Assembly (NCBI GenBank): GCA_036510495.1
Contig: DATCDV010000004.1
Location: 128,872-192,871, forward strand
Source: Solirubrobacteraceae bacterium
GTDB lineage: Bacteria > Actinomycetota > Thermoleophilia > Solirubrobacterales > Solirubrobacteraceae
Direction: 5' to 3'
DNA: 64,000 nt
Shown here: one piece after another, positions 36,426-48,817 of the stretch
Position numbering within the stretch: the first letter of the stretch is position 1
How the letters are laid out: every line of letters starts with the position of its first letter
Position numbers and translations under genes: made by a program
Notes under the pieces: generated by a model
The model's input: the letters and a program-made list of their open reading frames with translations, nothing else
What the model was told of the DNA's origin: nothing
The model's database searches: none

Positions 36426-37918
36426 GACGCTTGCCCCTCGGCGGCCTCGCCGACGTCTGGGGCCTCTTGTGTAGCGACGGTCTCCGCGAGAGGCGCAGGC
36501 TCCGGTTGCTGCTCACCGTGCTCCGACGCGGGGGGCGTTTGCTCCTGCGCTGCGCCGTCCTCCAGGGCAGACGCCGTCTGCTCCTCCGCCACCGGGGGCT
36601 CAGCTGAGGGGGTCTGCTCCTCTGAAGGCTCCTCGTCTCCCTGCCCACCGGCTTGCGGTGAGAGATCGGCGACGTTGTCGCTGTCGATCGACGCGAGCGC
36701 CTGGTGGGTATCCAGGCCGCAGTAGCGCGATCCTGGGAGCGAGGCGTTCGGGCAACGCCGTCCGTTTGAGAGGACCGCGGCGCAGCGACCTTGCAGCTCC
36801 TCCTCCTCGTAGCCGTGCTCGGCCTCCTCGGCAGCGAACTCGGTCTCTGAGCGGATGTCCACACGCCAGCCCGTGAGACGCGCTGCGAGACGGGCGTTCT
36901 GACCCTCGCGGCCGATCGCGAGCGAGAGCTGATCGTCGGGGACGATGACTGTGGCCTGCTTGGCCTCGTCGTCAACCAGCACCTCGCGCACCCGTGCGGG
37001 TGAGAGAGCCTTGGCGACGAAGCGGGCGGGCTCGTCGTTGAACGGAATGATGTCGATCTTCTCGCCGCGCAACTCTGAGACGACCATGCGCACACGCGAG
37101 CCGCGGGGCCCGACGCAGGCGCCGACCGGATCGACGCCGTCGGCATGGGATATGACGGCGATCTTCGAGCGATAGCCGGGCTCGCGCGCAACGTTTGCGA
37201 TCTCCACGAGACCGTCTGCGATCTCGGGAACCTCGAGCTCGAACAGCTTCTTGATCAGCTCCGGGTCGCGCCTAGAGACGATGATGGCCGGTCCCTTGGT
37301 CGAAGGAGAGACCTCCTTGATGACGGCCTTGATGCGCTGAGAATGGTCGTAGCGCTCGCCGTCGACCTGCTCTGACTTCGGCAAGAGCGCCTCGACGCGC
37401 TCGCGCAGCTGCACGAGTGTGTAGCGCGAATCAGACTGCTGCACGATGCCGGTGATCAGCTCGCCCACGCGGTCGCGGTACTCCTCGAACATCATGTCGC
37501 GCTCGGCCTCGCGAATGCGCTGCAGGATCACCTGCTTGGCAGTCTGCGCAGCGATGCGGCCGAAGTCCTCGGGCGTGACGTCGCGTTCGTCGATCTGGTC
37601 GCGGTACTGCTCGAACTTGGCCGGATCGATTTCCGGCTCCTCCGGTTCGCGCAGCTCGCCCGTCTCAGGGTCTACGACCGTGCCCTCGTCGATCGTCTCG
37701 ACGATCAGGTGGGCCTCCAGGCGCTCGGGAATGATCAGTTCGATGACGCGGAAGTCGGCGGTCTCACGGTCCATTTCGACACGCGCATACTTGGCCGATC
37801 CCGGCTGCTTCTTATAAGCCGAGAGCAGCGCGTCCTCGAGTGCGATCATCAGCTTCTCGGGCTCGATGCCCTTCTCGCGCGCAAGTGCATTCATGGCTTC
37901 CAGGATCTCGCGTGACAT
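36422..37918 (-). CDS. nusA: Transcription termination/antitermination factor NusA
   Basis: FGRIAAQTAKQVILQ, AREPGYRSK, GACVGPRGSRV, SLAIGREGQNARLAARLTGW. Confidence 0.98.
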   Translation of the reverse strand: MSREILEAMNALAREKGIEPEKLMIALEDALLSAYKKQPGSAKYARVEMDRETADFRVIELIIPERLEAHLIVETIDEGTVVDPETGELREPEEPEIDPAKFEQYRDQIDERDVTPEDFGRIAAQTAKQVILQRIREAERDMMFEEYRDRVGELITGIVQQSDSRYTLVQLRERVEALLPKSEQVDGERYDHSQRIKAVIKEVSPSTKGPAIIVSRRDPELIKKLFELEVPEIADGLVEIANVAREPGYRSKIAVISHADGVDPVGACVGPRGSRVRMVVSELRGEKIDIIPFNDEPARFVAKALSPARVREVLVDDEAKQATVIVPDDQLSLAIGREGQNARLAARLTGWRVDIRSETEFAAEEAEHGYEEEELQGRCAAVLSNGRRCPNASLPGSRYCGLDTHQALASIDSDNVADLSPQAGGQGDEEPSEEQTPSAEPPVAEEQTASALEDGAAQEQTPPASEHGEQQPEPAPLAETVATQEAPDVGEAAEGQAS

Positions 37919-37924
37919 CAGCGG

Positions 37925-38380
37925 TTACTCCTCCACGAGGTTCGAACGACGGATCTCCGAGTAGGGGATCGCGATGACCCCACCGTCGGCGGCCAGTGTG
38001 ATCTCGCTGTCGGTGACACCGACGAGCTCTCCGGTGAAGCTCTTGGCGCGACGCTCGCCGCTCGGAGTACCGGGGCCTGCTACCGGGACGGGGCGTGGCT
38101 CACGAGTGCGAACGCGGGCACGGCGACCGACGAAGCGGCGAAAGTGGGTGGGCTTGCTCAGCGGACGTTCGGCGCCGGGCGAGGAAACCTCAAGTGAATA
38201 GCGCTCGCGCAGATCGGAGAGCTGCGCGGTGACGCGCTCGCACAGTGCGAGCGTGACGCCGTCGGGGTGATCGATGAACACGCGCAGGGTGCCATTCGGG
38301 AGCAGCTCGGCGAGCAGGACATCCACGTCGGGCTCGCTTGCGGCCAGGCGCTCCTCTATCTCAGACTGCAGTGTTGACAT
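37925..38380 (-). CDS. rimP: Ribosome maturation factor RimP
   Basis: LRVFIDHPDGVTLALC, YSLEVSSPGAERPL; first gene of the nusA operon. Confidence 0.94.
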   Translation of the reverse strand: MSTLQSEIEERLAASEPDVDVLLAELLPNGTLRVFIDHPDGVTLALCERVTAQLSDLRERYSLEVSSPGAERPLSKPTHFRRFVGRRARVRTREPRPVPVAGPGTPSGERRAKSFTGELVGVTDSEITLAADGGVIAIPYSEIRRSNLVEE

Positions 38381-38413
38381 CGACTGGATGACTCTCTTCC
38401 CGATACGAGGCGT

Positions 38414-38440
38414 AAAAAAGAGTGGGCGTGCGCCCACTCT
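38414..38440 (-). terminator. Leader (attenuator-type) terminator upstream of rimP
   Basis: Minus strand AGAGTGGGCG-ca-CGCCCACTCT followed by TTTTT, between the promoter and the rimP start. Confidence 0.75.
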
Positions 38441-38485
38441 CGGTACTGCAGCCGCCGCGTACGACGACTCGAAAGCTGTCAGTCG

Positions 38486-38494
38486 AGAATAGCA
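38486..38494 (-). promoter_or_regulatory. Extended -10 promoter of the rimP-nusA-infB operon
   Basis: Minus strand TGC-TATTCT. Confidence 0.55.
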
Positions 38495-38551
38495 TCGGGC
38501 CACCTCTGCGGCTGCACGGAGGTGTGTCGGTGGCGCTCGGAAGAGTGCCGC

Positions 38552-38920
38552 TCATGACCTCGCGGCGTCGCGACGCGCACGGTCACGGTAGAGGCGATAG
38601 TCAGCGCGAGCGGGCCGCATCGAGCTGGCGACCGCGAGCGGGTGACAAGCCTCACGGTGGCGACCGAGCAACTGCATCGCACGACCCAGACAGAAGAGCG
38701 CGTAGTCGTTCGTGGGCGCCGCCGCGGCGATCGCCTGGAACTCATCGGCGGCACGCTCGTAGCGTTGCGCGTGGAACAGAGCCCGTCCCAGCGCCTCGCG
38801 GATGGAGGCCTTGGTCGGCTCGAGCTCGCGGGCGCGCGTGAGCGGCACGATCGCCGCCATGTGGTCGCCGTGCTCCAGCAGCTCACATCCACGCCGGTAG
38901 AGCTCGTACACGCTGTCCAT
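38552..38920 (-). CDS. Tetratricopeptide repeat protein
   Basis: TPR-like helices (SIREALGRALFHAQRY, YALFCLGRAMQLLG). Confidence 0.85.
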   Translation of the reverse strand: MDSVYELYRRGCELLEHGDHMAAIVPLTRARELEPTKASIREALGRALFHAQRYERAADEFQAIAAAAPTNDYALFCLGRAMQLLGRHREACHPLAVASSMRPARADYRLYRDRARRDAARS

Positions 38921-38962
38921 GCGTCTATTTTAACCGAGCCCTCTCAAGGGACTTCCAGATGC

Positions 38963-40282
38963 TCAGACAGGCTCGCGCAGGCGCTCGACCGCATCGAGGA
39001 TCGCACCGGCGATGCTCTGCTTGGAAGCGCGCGGGAGCAGCTCGTCACCGGCGTCGGTGAGGATCGTGACCTCGTTGAGATCGGACTCGAAGCCGATGTC
39101 CGCACGCGAGATGTCGTTGAAGACGACGGCGTCGACGCGCTTGGCCGAGAGCTTCCCGCGCGCGTGCTCCAGACCCAGCCCGTCCGAGCCGTGCTCGGCG
39201 GCGAATGCCACAAGCGTCTGGCCCTGCCTGCGTTCGCTGGAGAGCCCGCAAAGCACATCGTCGGTGGGCTCCAGCTCGATCGTCAAGTGCTTGCGTCCCC
39301 CCTTCTTGATCTTGCCGGCGACGGGCGCTTGCGGGCGAAAGTCGGCGACGGCGGCCGCCATCAGCAGCACGTCGCAACTCGGGAACTCCTGCTGGCAAGC
39401 TCGCTCGAGCTCGGCGGCGGTGCTCACCTCGTGAACCGCGACGCCGGTGGGCGCCTGCAGCGCGACGTTGGCCGACAGGAGCGTCACCGTCGCTCCGCGC
39501 GCGTGCGCGGCTTGCGCGAGCGCGAATCCCATGCGCCCTGAGGAGCTGTTGCCAATGAAGCGCACGCTGTCGATCGGCTCGCGTGTGCCGCCCGCGGTGA
39601 CGAGCACGCGCAGGCCATTCCAGTTGCTGGGATCGAGGGTGTCTGGGTAGCTCGCGGCGTCGTTTGGGTCGCTCGAAATGACGTGCCCCGCGCGCGCGGG
39701 GGGAGGATGCTTTTCCAGAAGCTCCTCACACGCGTCGAGTAGCCGCTGTGGCTCGGCCAGGCGCCCGACGCCCTGCTCGCCGAGCGAGGCTAGGCGCCCG
39801 ACATCTGGCTCGACGATATGCACGCCGCGGGCGCGCAGCAATTCGATATTGGCCTGCGTCGCCGCGTGCTCGTACATGTGGTTGTTCATAGCCGGCGCGA
39901 CCACCACGGGGCAGGTGGCGGCCAGCGCGCAACTGGTCAACAGGTTGTCCGCAAGCCCGCCGGCGAGCTTTGCCAGCGTGTTCGCCGAGGCCGGCGCGAT
40001 CAGGTAGAGATCCGCGTTGGCGACGAGTTGCAAGTGGTTGAGCGGCTGATGAGCAGGAGACTCCTGGCCGGGGAAGGCTCCGCGCGCCGGGTCGTGCTCG
40101 AACTCGTCGGTGAGCACAGGAGCGCCCGTAAGAGCTGCGAAGGATGCCTCCCCAACGAAGCGTTGGCTGGTGGGCGTCTGCACGACGCGCACTGAGTGCC
40201 CGGCGTCCGTCGCAAGCCGTATGAGCTCCAGCGCCTTGTAGGCAGCGATGCTGCCGCTGACGCCGAGCAGGATTCTTGCCAT
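38963..40282 (-). CDS. coaBC: Bifunctional phosphopantothenoylcysteine decarboxylase/ligase
   Basis: GVSGSIAAYKA, APASANTLAK, PAMNNHMY, TAGGTREPIDSVRFIGNSSSGRMG. Confidence 0.97.
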   Translation of the reverse strand: MARILLGVSGSIAAYKALELIRLATDAGHSVRVVQTPTSQRFVGEASFAALTGAPVLTDEFEHDPARGAFPGQESPAHQPLNHLQLVANADLYLIAPASANTLAKLAGGLADNLLTSCALAATCPVVVAPAMNNHMYEHAATQANIELLRARGVHIVEPDVGRLASLGEQGVGRLAEPQRLLDACEELLEKHPPPARAGHVISSDPNDAASYPDTLDPSNWNGLRVLVTAGGTREPIDSVRFIGNSSSGRMGFALAQAAHARGATVTLLSANVALQAPTGVAVHEVSTAAELERACQQEFPSCDVLLMAAAVADFRPQAPVAGKIKKGGRKHLTIELEPTDDVLCGLSSERRQGQTLVAFAAEHGSDGLGLEHARGKLSAKRVDAVVFNDISRADIGFESDLNEVTILTDAGDELLPRASKQSIAGAILDAVERLREPV

Positions 40283-40347
40283 GTTGACTTCTTAGGCGCC
40301 GCGCTGGCTCATCTCAAGCGCTGGTCGAACGCTTGCGCGCCAAAGGG

Positions 40348-40578
40348 CTACCGATAGTGGTACTTGATCTTGCCGGCTGCGACTTCCTCAAGAGCGATCG
40401 TGAGGTAGTTCTTGGAGGCGGTCTCGATCATCGGCGGCGGGAATTCCTCGAAGGCTCCCTCACCGAGGTTGTGGTAGTAGCTGTTGATCTGACGGGCACG
40501 CTTGGCGGCAACGAGCACGCTTGCGTAGTTGGAGTCGACATTGTCGAGCAAGCGGTCGATGCGGGGTGAGGTCATCAT
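40348..40578 (-). CDS. rpoZ: RNA polymerase omega subunit
   Basis: PRIDRLL, AAKRARQINSYY, LTIALEEV; gmk-rpoZ-coaBC synteny. Confidence 0.93.
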   Translation of the reverse strand: MMTSPRIDRLLDNVDSNYASVLVAAKRARQINSYYHNLGEGAFEEFPPPMIETASKNYLTIALEEVAAGKIKYHYR

Positions 40579-40800
40579 GGTGTTTGAGAGTGCCTTTCCT
40601 GGTGGACTTGCAGTGTAGCCAGTCGCTCCCATGTTCGAGACCGCAGCGAGTCTTTCGAGCGAGATCGACGCGAGCCTTAGAGTTCGCCCACGCGAGTCTT
40701 TGAGCGAGTGCTCAGTGTGTCCCCATTAAGCGGGAGGAGCCGCGTCTGGCCAGATTGGCCGTGTCCAATCGCGCTAGCGTCCAATCGGGCTGGGACGCAT

Positions 40801-41355
40801 CTAACCGAGCTCGGCAGCAACGATCGCCACAAGCTCGTCGAGGGCATCTTCGAGCCGGTCGTTGACGACGACGTGGGCGAACTCGTCGCGCGCGGCCAGC
40901 TCCTGCTCAGCGACCGCGAGGCGGCGCTCGACCTCCTCGCTGCCATCGGTGCCGCGCCCGATGAGCCGGGTGCGCAGGGCGTCCAGTGACGGTGGAGCGA
41001 TGAAGACCTGGACCGCCTCGGGCATCGCGGCGCGCACCTGCCGCGCGCCTTGGACCTCGATCTCGAGCACCACGGGCGCACCGTCGGTGACTCGCTGCTC
41101 GAGCTCGCGGCGCAGCGTGCCGTAGCGCCGGCCGGCGTAGTCGGCGTGCTCTACGAAGTCGCCGGCCTGCACGTGGCGCTCGAACTCGGGGCTTGAGAGG
41201 AAGTGGTAATCGACACCGTCCTCCTCCCCGGGTCGTGGCGAGCGTGTGGTGGCCGACACCGACAGCTCGAGCTGAGGGATGTGCTCCATCAACCCGCGGA
41301 TGAGGGTCCCCTTCCCCACGCCGGATGGTCCGGTGATCACAAATACGCGTGCCAC
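40801..41355 (-). CDS. gmk: Guanylate kinase
   Basis: GPSGVGKGT, SATTRSPRPGEEDGVDYHF, EIEVQGA. Confidence 0.98.
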   Translation of the reverse strand: MARVFVITGPSGVGKGTLIRGLMEHIPQLELSVSATTRSPRPGEEDGVDYHFLSSPEFERHVQAGDFVEHADYAGRRYGTLRRELEQRVTDGAPVVLEIEVQGARQVRAAMPEAVQVFIAPPSLDALRTRLIGRGTDGSEEVERRLAVAEQELAARDEFAHVVVNDRLEDALDELVAIVAAELG

Positions 41356-41391
41356 GCGCGAGACCCTAATGTCGAGAGCGGCGGGAGGCTC

Positions 41392-41748
41392 TTAGCGGCG
41401 CAGTAGGGAGACCAGCTCGCTGCGCTGGCGGTCTGAGAGCCCGCCGATGGTCTTGCTCGGCGAGATGCGGCAGTGGGCGAGGATCTTGTTGACCTTGACG
41501 CGCCCGTACTTGGGGACGGCGAGCAACATGTCGAAGACCTTGGCGGTCTCGACGTACTCGGGCGGGTGCAAGAGCAACGTGTGGATCGACAACCGGCCGG
41601 CCTTCAGATCGCGCTTGAGCTGTGCCCGCTCAGTGCGGATGCGGTTGGCTCGCGCGAGCGCGTCCAGGCGCTGGTTGAGCGATCGCTCGGGAGCTGCGGA
41701 CGGCTTTGAGATCATGGTCGAAGACATCGGGCCCGTCGCGGTTGGCAT
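41392..41748 (-). CDS. mihF: Actinobacterial integration host factor (mIHF/sIHF, H2TH)
   Basis: RLDALARANRIR...LK, LLAVPKYGRVK, KTIGGLSDRQR; upstream of gmk; start uncertain. Confidence 0.88.
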   Translation of the reverse strand: MPTATGPMSSTMISKPSAAPERSLNQRLDALARANRIRTERAQLKRDLKAGRLSIHTLLLHPPEYVETAKVFDMLLAVPKYGRVKVNKILAHCRISPSKTIGGLSDRQRSELVSLLRR

Positions 41749-41978
41749 GGGCGGCGAGTCTACAGACCCGCGCGCCCCGTTCAAGGCTAACCCGGCTAAT
41801 TCGTATGAAGCTCAGGTTGAGCTTTACGTATGTCGAGGATGGTGGATGGTGGCGTTGCCTGTTTGCAGGGGTTTTCCAGCCTCTAAACCTGACCTGTGCT
41901 GAGGTTGGGTACACCGCCTGTGGATACTGGACAGCCACGTGGAAAGCACGGCCGTAGCCCGCATATACGTCATTTCCA

Positions 41979-42872
41979 CTACGCGGGCTGGCGCACAAAC
42001 CCCAGCTCGGCGGCGACGCGGGTAGCGAAGGACGGGTCGCGAAAGCTCTCCGTGCCGACCGCCACGAGCCGTGCGCCGACGTCAAGAAATTGGCGGGCGT
42101 GGGCGGCGCTCTGGACGCCGCCCATTCCTACCACGGGAATCGTGACGCGCTTGGCCACGGCCGCAACCTGAGCGAGCGCGACGGGGCGTATGGCGGCACC
42201 CGACAGCCCGCCCGTGCCGCCCCCAAGCCACGGGACCGGTCGCGCGGGCTCGCCGGCGTGCGCGGTAGCTGGCGCAAGCGCTGTGGCGCGCAGCGTGTTG
42301 ATCAACGAGACGGCGTCGGCGCCGCCTTCCTGCGCGGCCAGGGCACACGCGGCGACATCCGCGCAGTTGGGCGTCAGCTTCACGATCAGCGGCTTGCGCA
42401 GTTGCGCTCTGACGGCGTGCAAGACACGCTCGAGCGCGACTGGGTCGGCGCCGATGTCAAGGCCCGTGTGCACGTTCGGGCATGAGACGTTCAACTCCAC
42501 CGCGGATATCTCCTCGTGGCTGTCGCACGCTTGCAGCAGCACCGCGATCTCCTCGGCGGTGGAGCCCATCACGTTGGTGATGAGCGGGACGGGCAGCCGC
42601 GCAAGCTCTGGCAGATCCTCTGCCATGTAGCGCTCGAGGCCCTTGTTGGGCAAGCCGATCGAGTTGACGAGGCCGGCTTGAGCCTCCCACAGCCGAGGCG
42701 GAGCGTTGCCGGCGCGCGGGGCGAGCGTGATCGTCTTCGACACGAAGGCCGCGAACGGGAATTGCTCATCGAGCGCATCGCCGAAAGCGCGGCGCGCGGC
42801 GATGGCGTCGAACGTGCCGGAGCCGTTGACGATCGGGTGAGCCAGTTGCAGACCGCAGAACTCGATGCTCAT
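41979..42872 (-). CDS. pyrD: Dihydroorotate dehydrogenase type 1B, catalytic subunit
   Basis: NSIGLPNKG, ELNVSCPN, VKLTPN, LINT, GGLSG. Confidence 0.94.
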   Translation of the reverse strand: MSIEFCGLQLAHPIVNGSGTFDAIAARRAFGDALDEQFPFAAFVSKTITLAPRAGNAPPRLWEAQAGLVNSIGLPNKGLERYMAEDLPELARLPVPLITNVMGSTAEEIAVLLQACDSHEEISAVELNVSCPNVHTGLDIGADPVALERVLHAVRAQLRKPLIVKLTPNCADVAACALAAQEGGADAVSLINTLRATALAPATAHAGEPARPVPWLGGGTGGLSGAAIRPVALAQVAAVAKRVTIPVVGMGGVQSAAHARQFLDVGARLVAVGTESFRDPSFATRVAAELGFVRQPA

Positions 42873-43749
42873 CCCGATGCCCCGGCGTGATGGGAGACCC
42901 GCTCAAGCTGCTCGGCGCGGACGACGGGACCGTCGATGCACACGCGCAAATAGCCCTCGCGCGCCGGCACGACACAGCCGTAGCAGGCGCCGAAACCGCA
43001 GGCCATGCCTGCCTCCAGGGCCAGCTGAGCTGGAACCTCGCGCGTGGCACACAGCGCGCGCACGGCCTCGAGCATGGCTGGAGGCCCACATGCGTAGACC
43101 GTTGCGTGAGGGTCGCGACCGAGCTCCGCGCACAACAGGGCTGTGACGAGGCCGTGATGGCCGATGGCCCCGTCGTCGCTTGCAAGTAGCGCGTCGCTGA
43201 GCAATGCCGCTCCCTGGGCATGGGCACGGTCGCGGAAGCCCAGCAGCACGGTGGCAGGCACGTCCTTCGAGGAGAGCGCGTCCTGCCAGATGGCGAGTGG
43301 AGCGATCCCGACTCCCCCACCTACGAGCAGCGCGCGACGCTCGTGCTCCGGTGCTGTGAAGCCCTGCCCGAGTGGGCCGAGCAGCCACAGTCCATCGCCC
43401 TCCCTGAGCTCACACAAGCGGTGGGTGCCGGGGCCGACGTCCTCGAGCAGGAACTGGGCAACGCCAGAGTCCCAGCGGGCGTAGGAGAAGGCGCGTGGTA
43501 GGTAGGGGCGCTCATCGATGCCCGCTCCCCAGCGCTCGGCTGCGGCAAGCATCGCGAACTGACCGGGACAAGGTATCCCACGACCCCACCCACTCGGTTC
43601 GTCCTGGTCGGCGACCTTGAGGACGCGATAGGCGCCGAGCTCTTCGTTGGCGGTGACGGTGAGTAGCCGTCGTCCGAATGGGGCGAGTGTGCGCTCGGTG
43701 CGATCCGTGCCCGTCGACGCGGCCGACTCCCGCTGGCGCTCGAGAGCGC

Positions 43750-43753
<4 letters not shown>
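42869..43753 (-). CDS. pyrK: Dihydroorotate dehydrogenase electron transfer subunit
   Basis: [40 protein letters not shown]; GTGA overlap with carB. Confidence 0.92.
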
Positions 43754-46956
<3,203 letters not shown>

Positions 46957-47048
46957 TCACCAGCCCCCGACACACCGCGAGCACGCCCATCCAGGACCCC
47001 CGGAGGGGGTCCCCTCCCTCAAAAAACGGGTAATCTCGCACACAGGCC

Positions 47049-48227
47049 TCACGCGGTCGCGATCCGCTCTAGAAAACGGTCGAACAGGTGCAGGCTGTCG
47101 TGCGGGCCCGGGCCCGCCTCGGGGTGGTATTGGACCGCACCGCCGGGAACGTCCAGCAGCTCGAAGCCCTCGACGGTGCGGTCATACAGGTTCACGTGCG
47201 TTAGCTGAGCAGCACCAAAGTCGGTGTCCCAGCGCACGGGCTCGTTGCTGTCGAGCGTGCGCTCGCCGCCCGGCCCAAGCACCGCGAAGCCATGATTCTG
47301 CGAGGTGATCTCGACCTGGCCGGTGTGCAGGTCCTTAACCGGGTGGTTGGCGCCGCGGTGGCCGAAGGGCAGCTTGTAGGTCTCAAGGCCAAGCGCACGG
47401 CAGAGCAGTTGGTGGCCGAGGCAGATGCCCCACACGGGCTTGCGACCGACGATCTCGCGCACCGTGCTCACGACGTAGTCGAGCGCCGCGGGGTCGCCCG
47501 GGCCGTTGGCGACGAACACGGCGTCGGGGTCGTCCGCGAGCAGCTGCTCGGCCGAGGTGGAGCACGGGTAGAGCGCCACGCGCGCCCCCCGCTCAACGAG
47601 GTTGCGCACGATCGACAGCTTGATGCCGGTGTCGAGCACCGCAATCAAAGGCCCGTCCTGGGCGTCTGTCGGGTGCGCTCCGTTTGTCCTTGCGCCGCGG
47701 TCGCCGTGAACGCTCATCCGATCAGGAGTGACGACGGAGGCGAGATCGAGGCCGCGCATCGACGGCTCCGCGGCGATCAGCGTGCGCGCCTCGTCCTCGG
47801 TGATGCGCTCGGGAAAGATGCCCCCCCGCATGGCGCCCGCGTCGCGGATGTGGCGCACGAGCGCGCGTGTGTCCACCCCGCTGATCCCCGGCACGTCGCA
47901 GTCCCGCAGCCAGTCCAGCCAGCCTTGCTCGGCCTCGGGCGCGTCCTCGCGGTTGCACGCCTCGCGCATGATCACGGCACGTGCCCAGACGCGCTCTGAC
48001 TCCATCGCGCGCGCGCTCACCCCGTAGTTGCCTATATGGGGGTAGGTGAATGTGATCAGCTGACCGGCGAACGAGGGATCGGTGACCGACTCCTGATAGC
48101 CGGACATGCCGGTGGTGAACACCACCTCCCCGACCGCGTGCGCATCGGCGGCGCACGCCTCGCCGTCGAAGCGGGTGCCGTCCTCGAGCAGCACGTATGC
48201 CTCGCGCGAGGCCATCAGATGCTCCAT
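47049..48227 (-). CDS. carA: Carbamoyl-phosphate synthase small subunit
   Basis: FTTGMSGYQE, GICLGHQ, SQNHGF, QYHPEAGPGP. Confidence 0.98.
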   Translation of the reverse strand: MEHLMASREAYVLLEDGTRFDGEACAADAHAVGEVVFTTGMSGYQESVTDPSFAGQLITFTYPHIGNYGVSARAMESERVWARAVIMREACNREDAPEAEQGWLDWLRDCDVPGISGVDTRALVRHIRDAGAMRGGIFPERITEDEARTLIAAEPSMRGLDLASVVTPDRMSVHGDRGARTNGAHPTDAQDGPLIAVLDTGIKLSIVRNLVERGARVALYPCSTSAEQLLADDPDAVFVANGPGDPAALDYVVSTVREIVGRKPVWGICLGHQLLCRALGLETYKLPFGHRGANHPVKDLHTGQVEITSQNHGFAVLGPGGERTLDSNEPVRWDTDFGAAQLTHVNLYDRTVEGFELLDVPGGAVQYHPEAGPGPHDSLHLFDRFLERIATA

Positions 48228-48258
48228 TCCGACACCATGTGCATTGCACGCGAGGCCA

Positions 48259-48783
48259 TCAGACGATCAGCCTCTGCACTTGCTTGAACTCGGGCGTACC
48301 CGCTCGCTCCAGGAGCTCGAATAGCACGGACTCGACGGTGCTCACGACTGCCCCGGCGCGCTCCAGGCGCTCCAGGCCGCGCTCATAGTCGAGCTCATGA
48401 CGTGAGCCGACGGCGTCGGCGGGCACGTGTACTTCGATCGCCCGGTCAAGCAAGTCGTGGACAGTCTGTGAGACGCACACGTGCGTCTCGATGCCGCACA
48501 CGATCGCCTGCGTGCGGCCGCTCAGGTCGAAGCCATCCGCACGCGCGGCCGAAAACACGGTCTTCTCGATCCGTGGCTCGTCCTCCAAGGCGACCTCGGG
48601 CGCTGTGTGGCCGAGACCCTTTGGATACTGCTCACTGACGATCCGCGGCACATCGAGGATGCGACCCGCGCGCACGAGCTTCGAGCAGGCTTGCGCGACC
48701 GCCTCAAAGGACGCGTATGAGCGAAAGCCCTCCTGCACGTCCACCACGACGAGCACGGTCTTCTCACGTTCGAGCAGGCTCAT
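48259..48783 (-). CDS. Isochorismatase family cysteine hydrolase
   Basis: VVDVQE, EQYPKGLG, EKTVFS, GIETHVCV. Confidence 0.9.
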   Translation of the reverse strand: MSLLEREKTVLVVVDVQEGFRSYASFEAVAQACSKLVRAGRILDVPRIVSEQYPKGLGHTAPEVALEDEPRIEKTVFSAARADGFDLSGRTQAIVCGIETHVCVSQTVHDLLDRAIEVHVPADAVGSRHELDYERGLERLERAGAVVSTVESVLFELLERAGTPEFKQVQRLIV

Positions 48784-48817
48784 GGTCCTTCCCTTCTGGT
48801 ACTCATCGGCCCATGGC

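Noticed and set aside
41802-41828. Imperfect palindrome CGTATGAAGCTC-AGGTT-GAGCTTTACG upstream of mihF
   Set aside because: Single occurrence with no known consensus; not enough support to call an operator
46994-47012. GGACCCCC-gga-GGGGGTCC hairpin between carA and carB as a terminator
   Set aside because: The T-run lies 5' of the hairpin on the coding strand; at most an mRNA-stabilising stem
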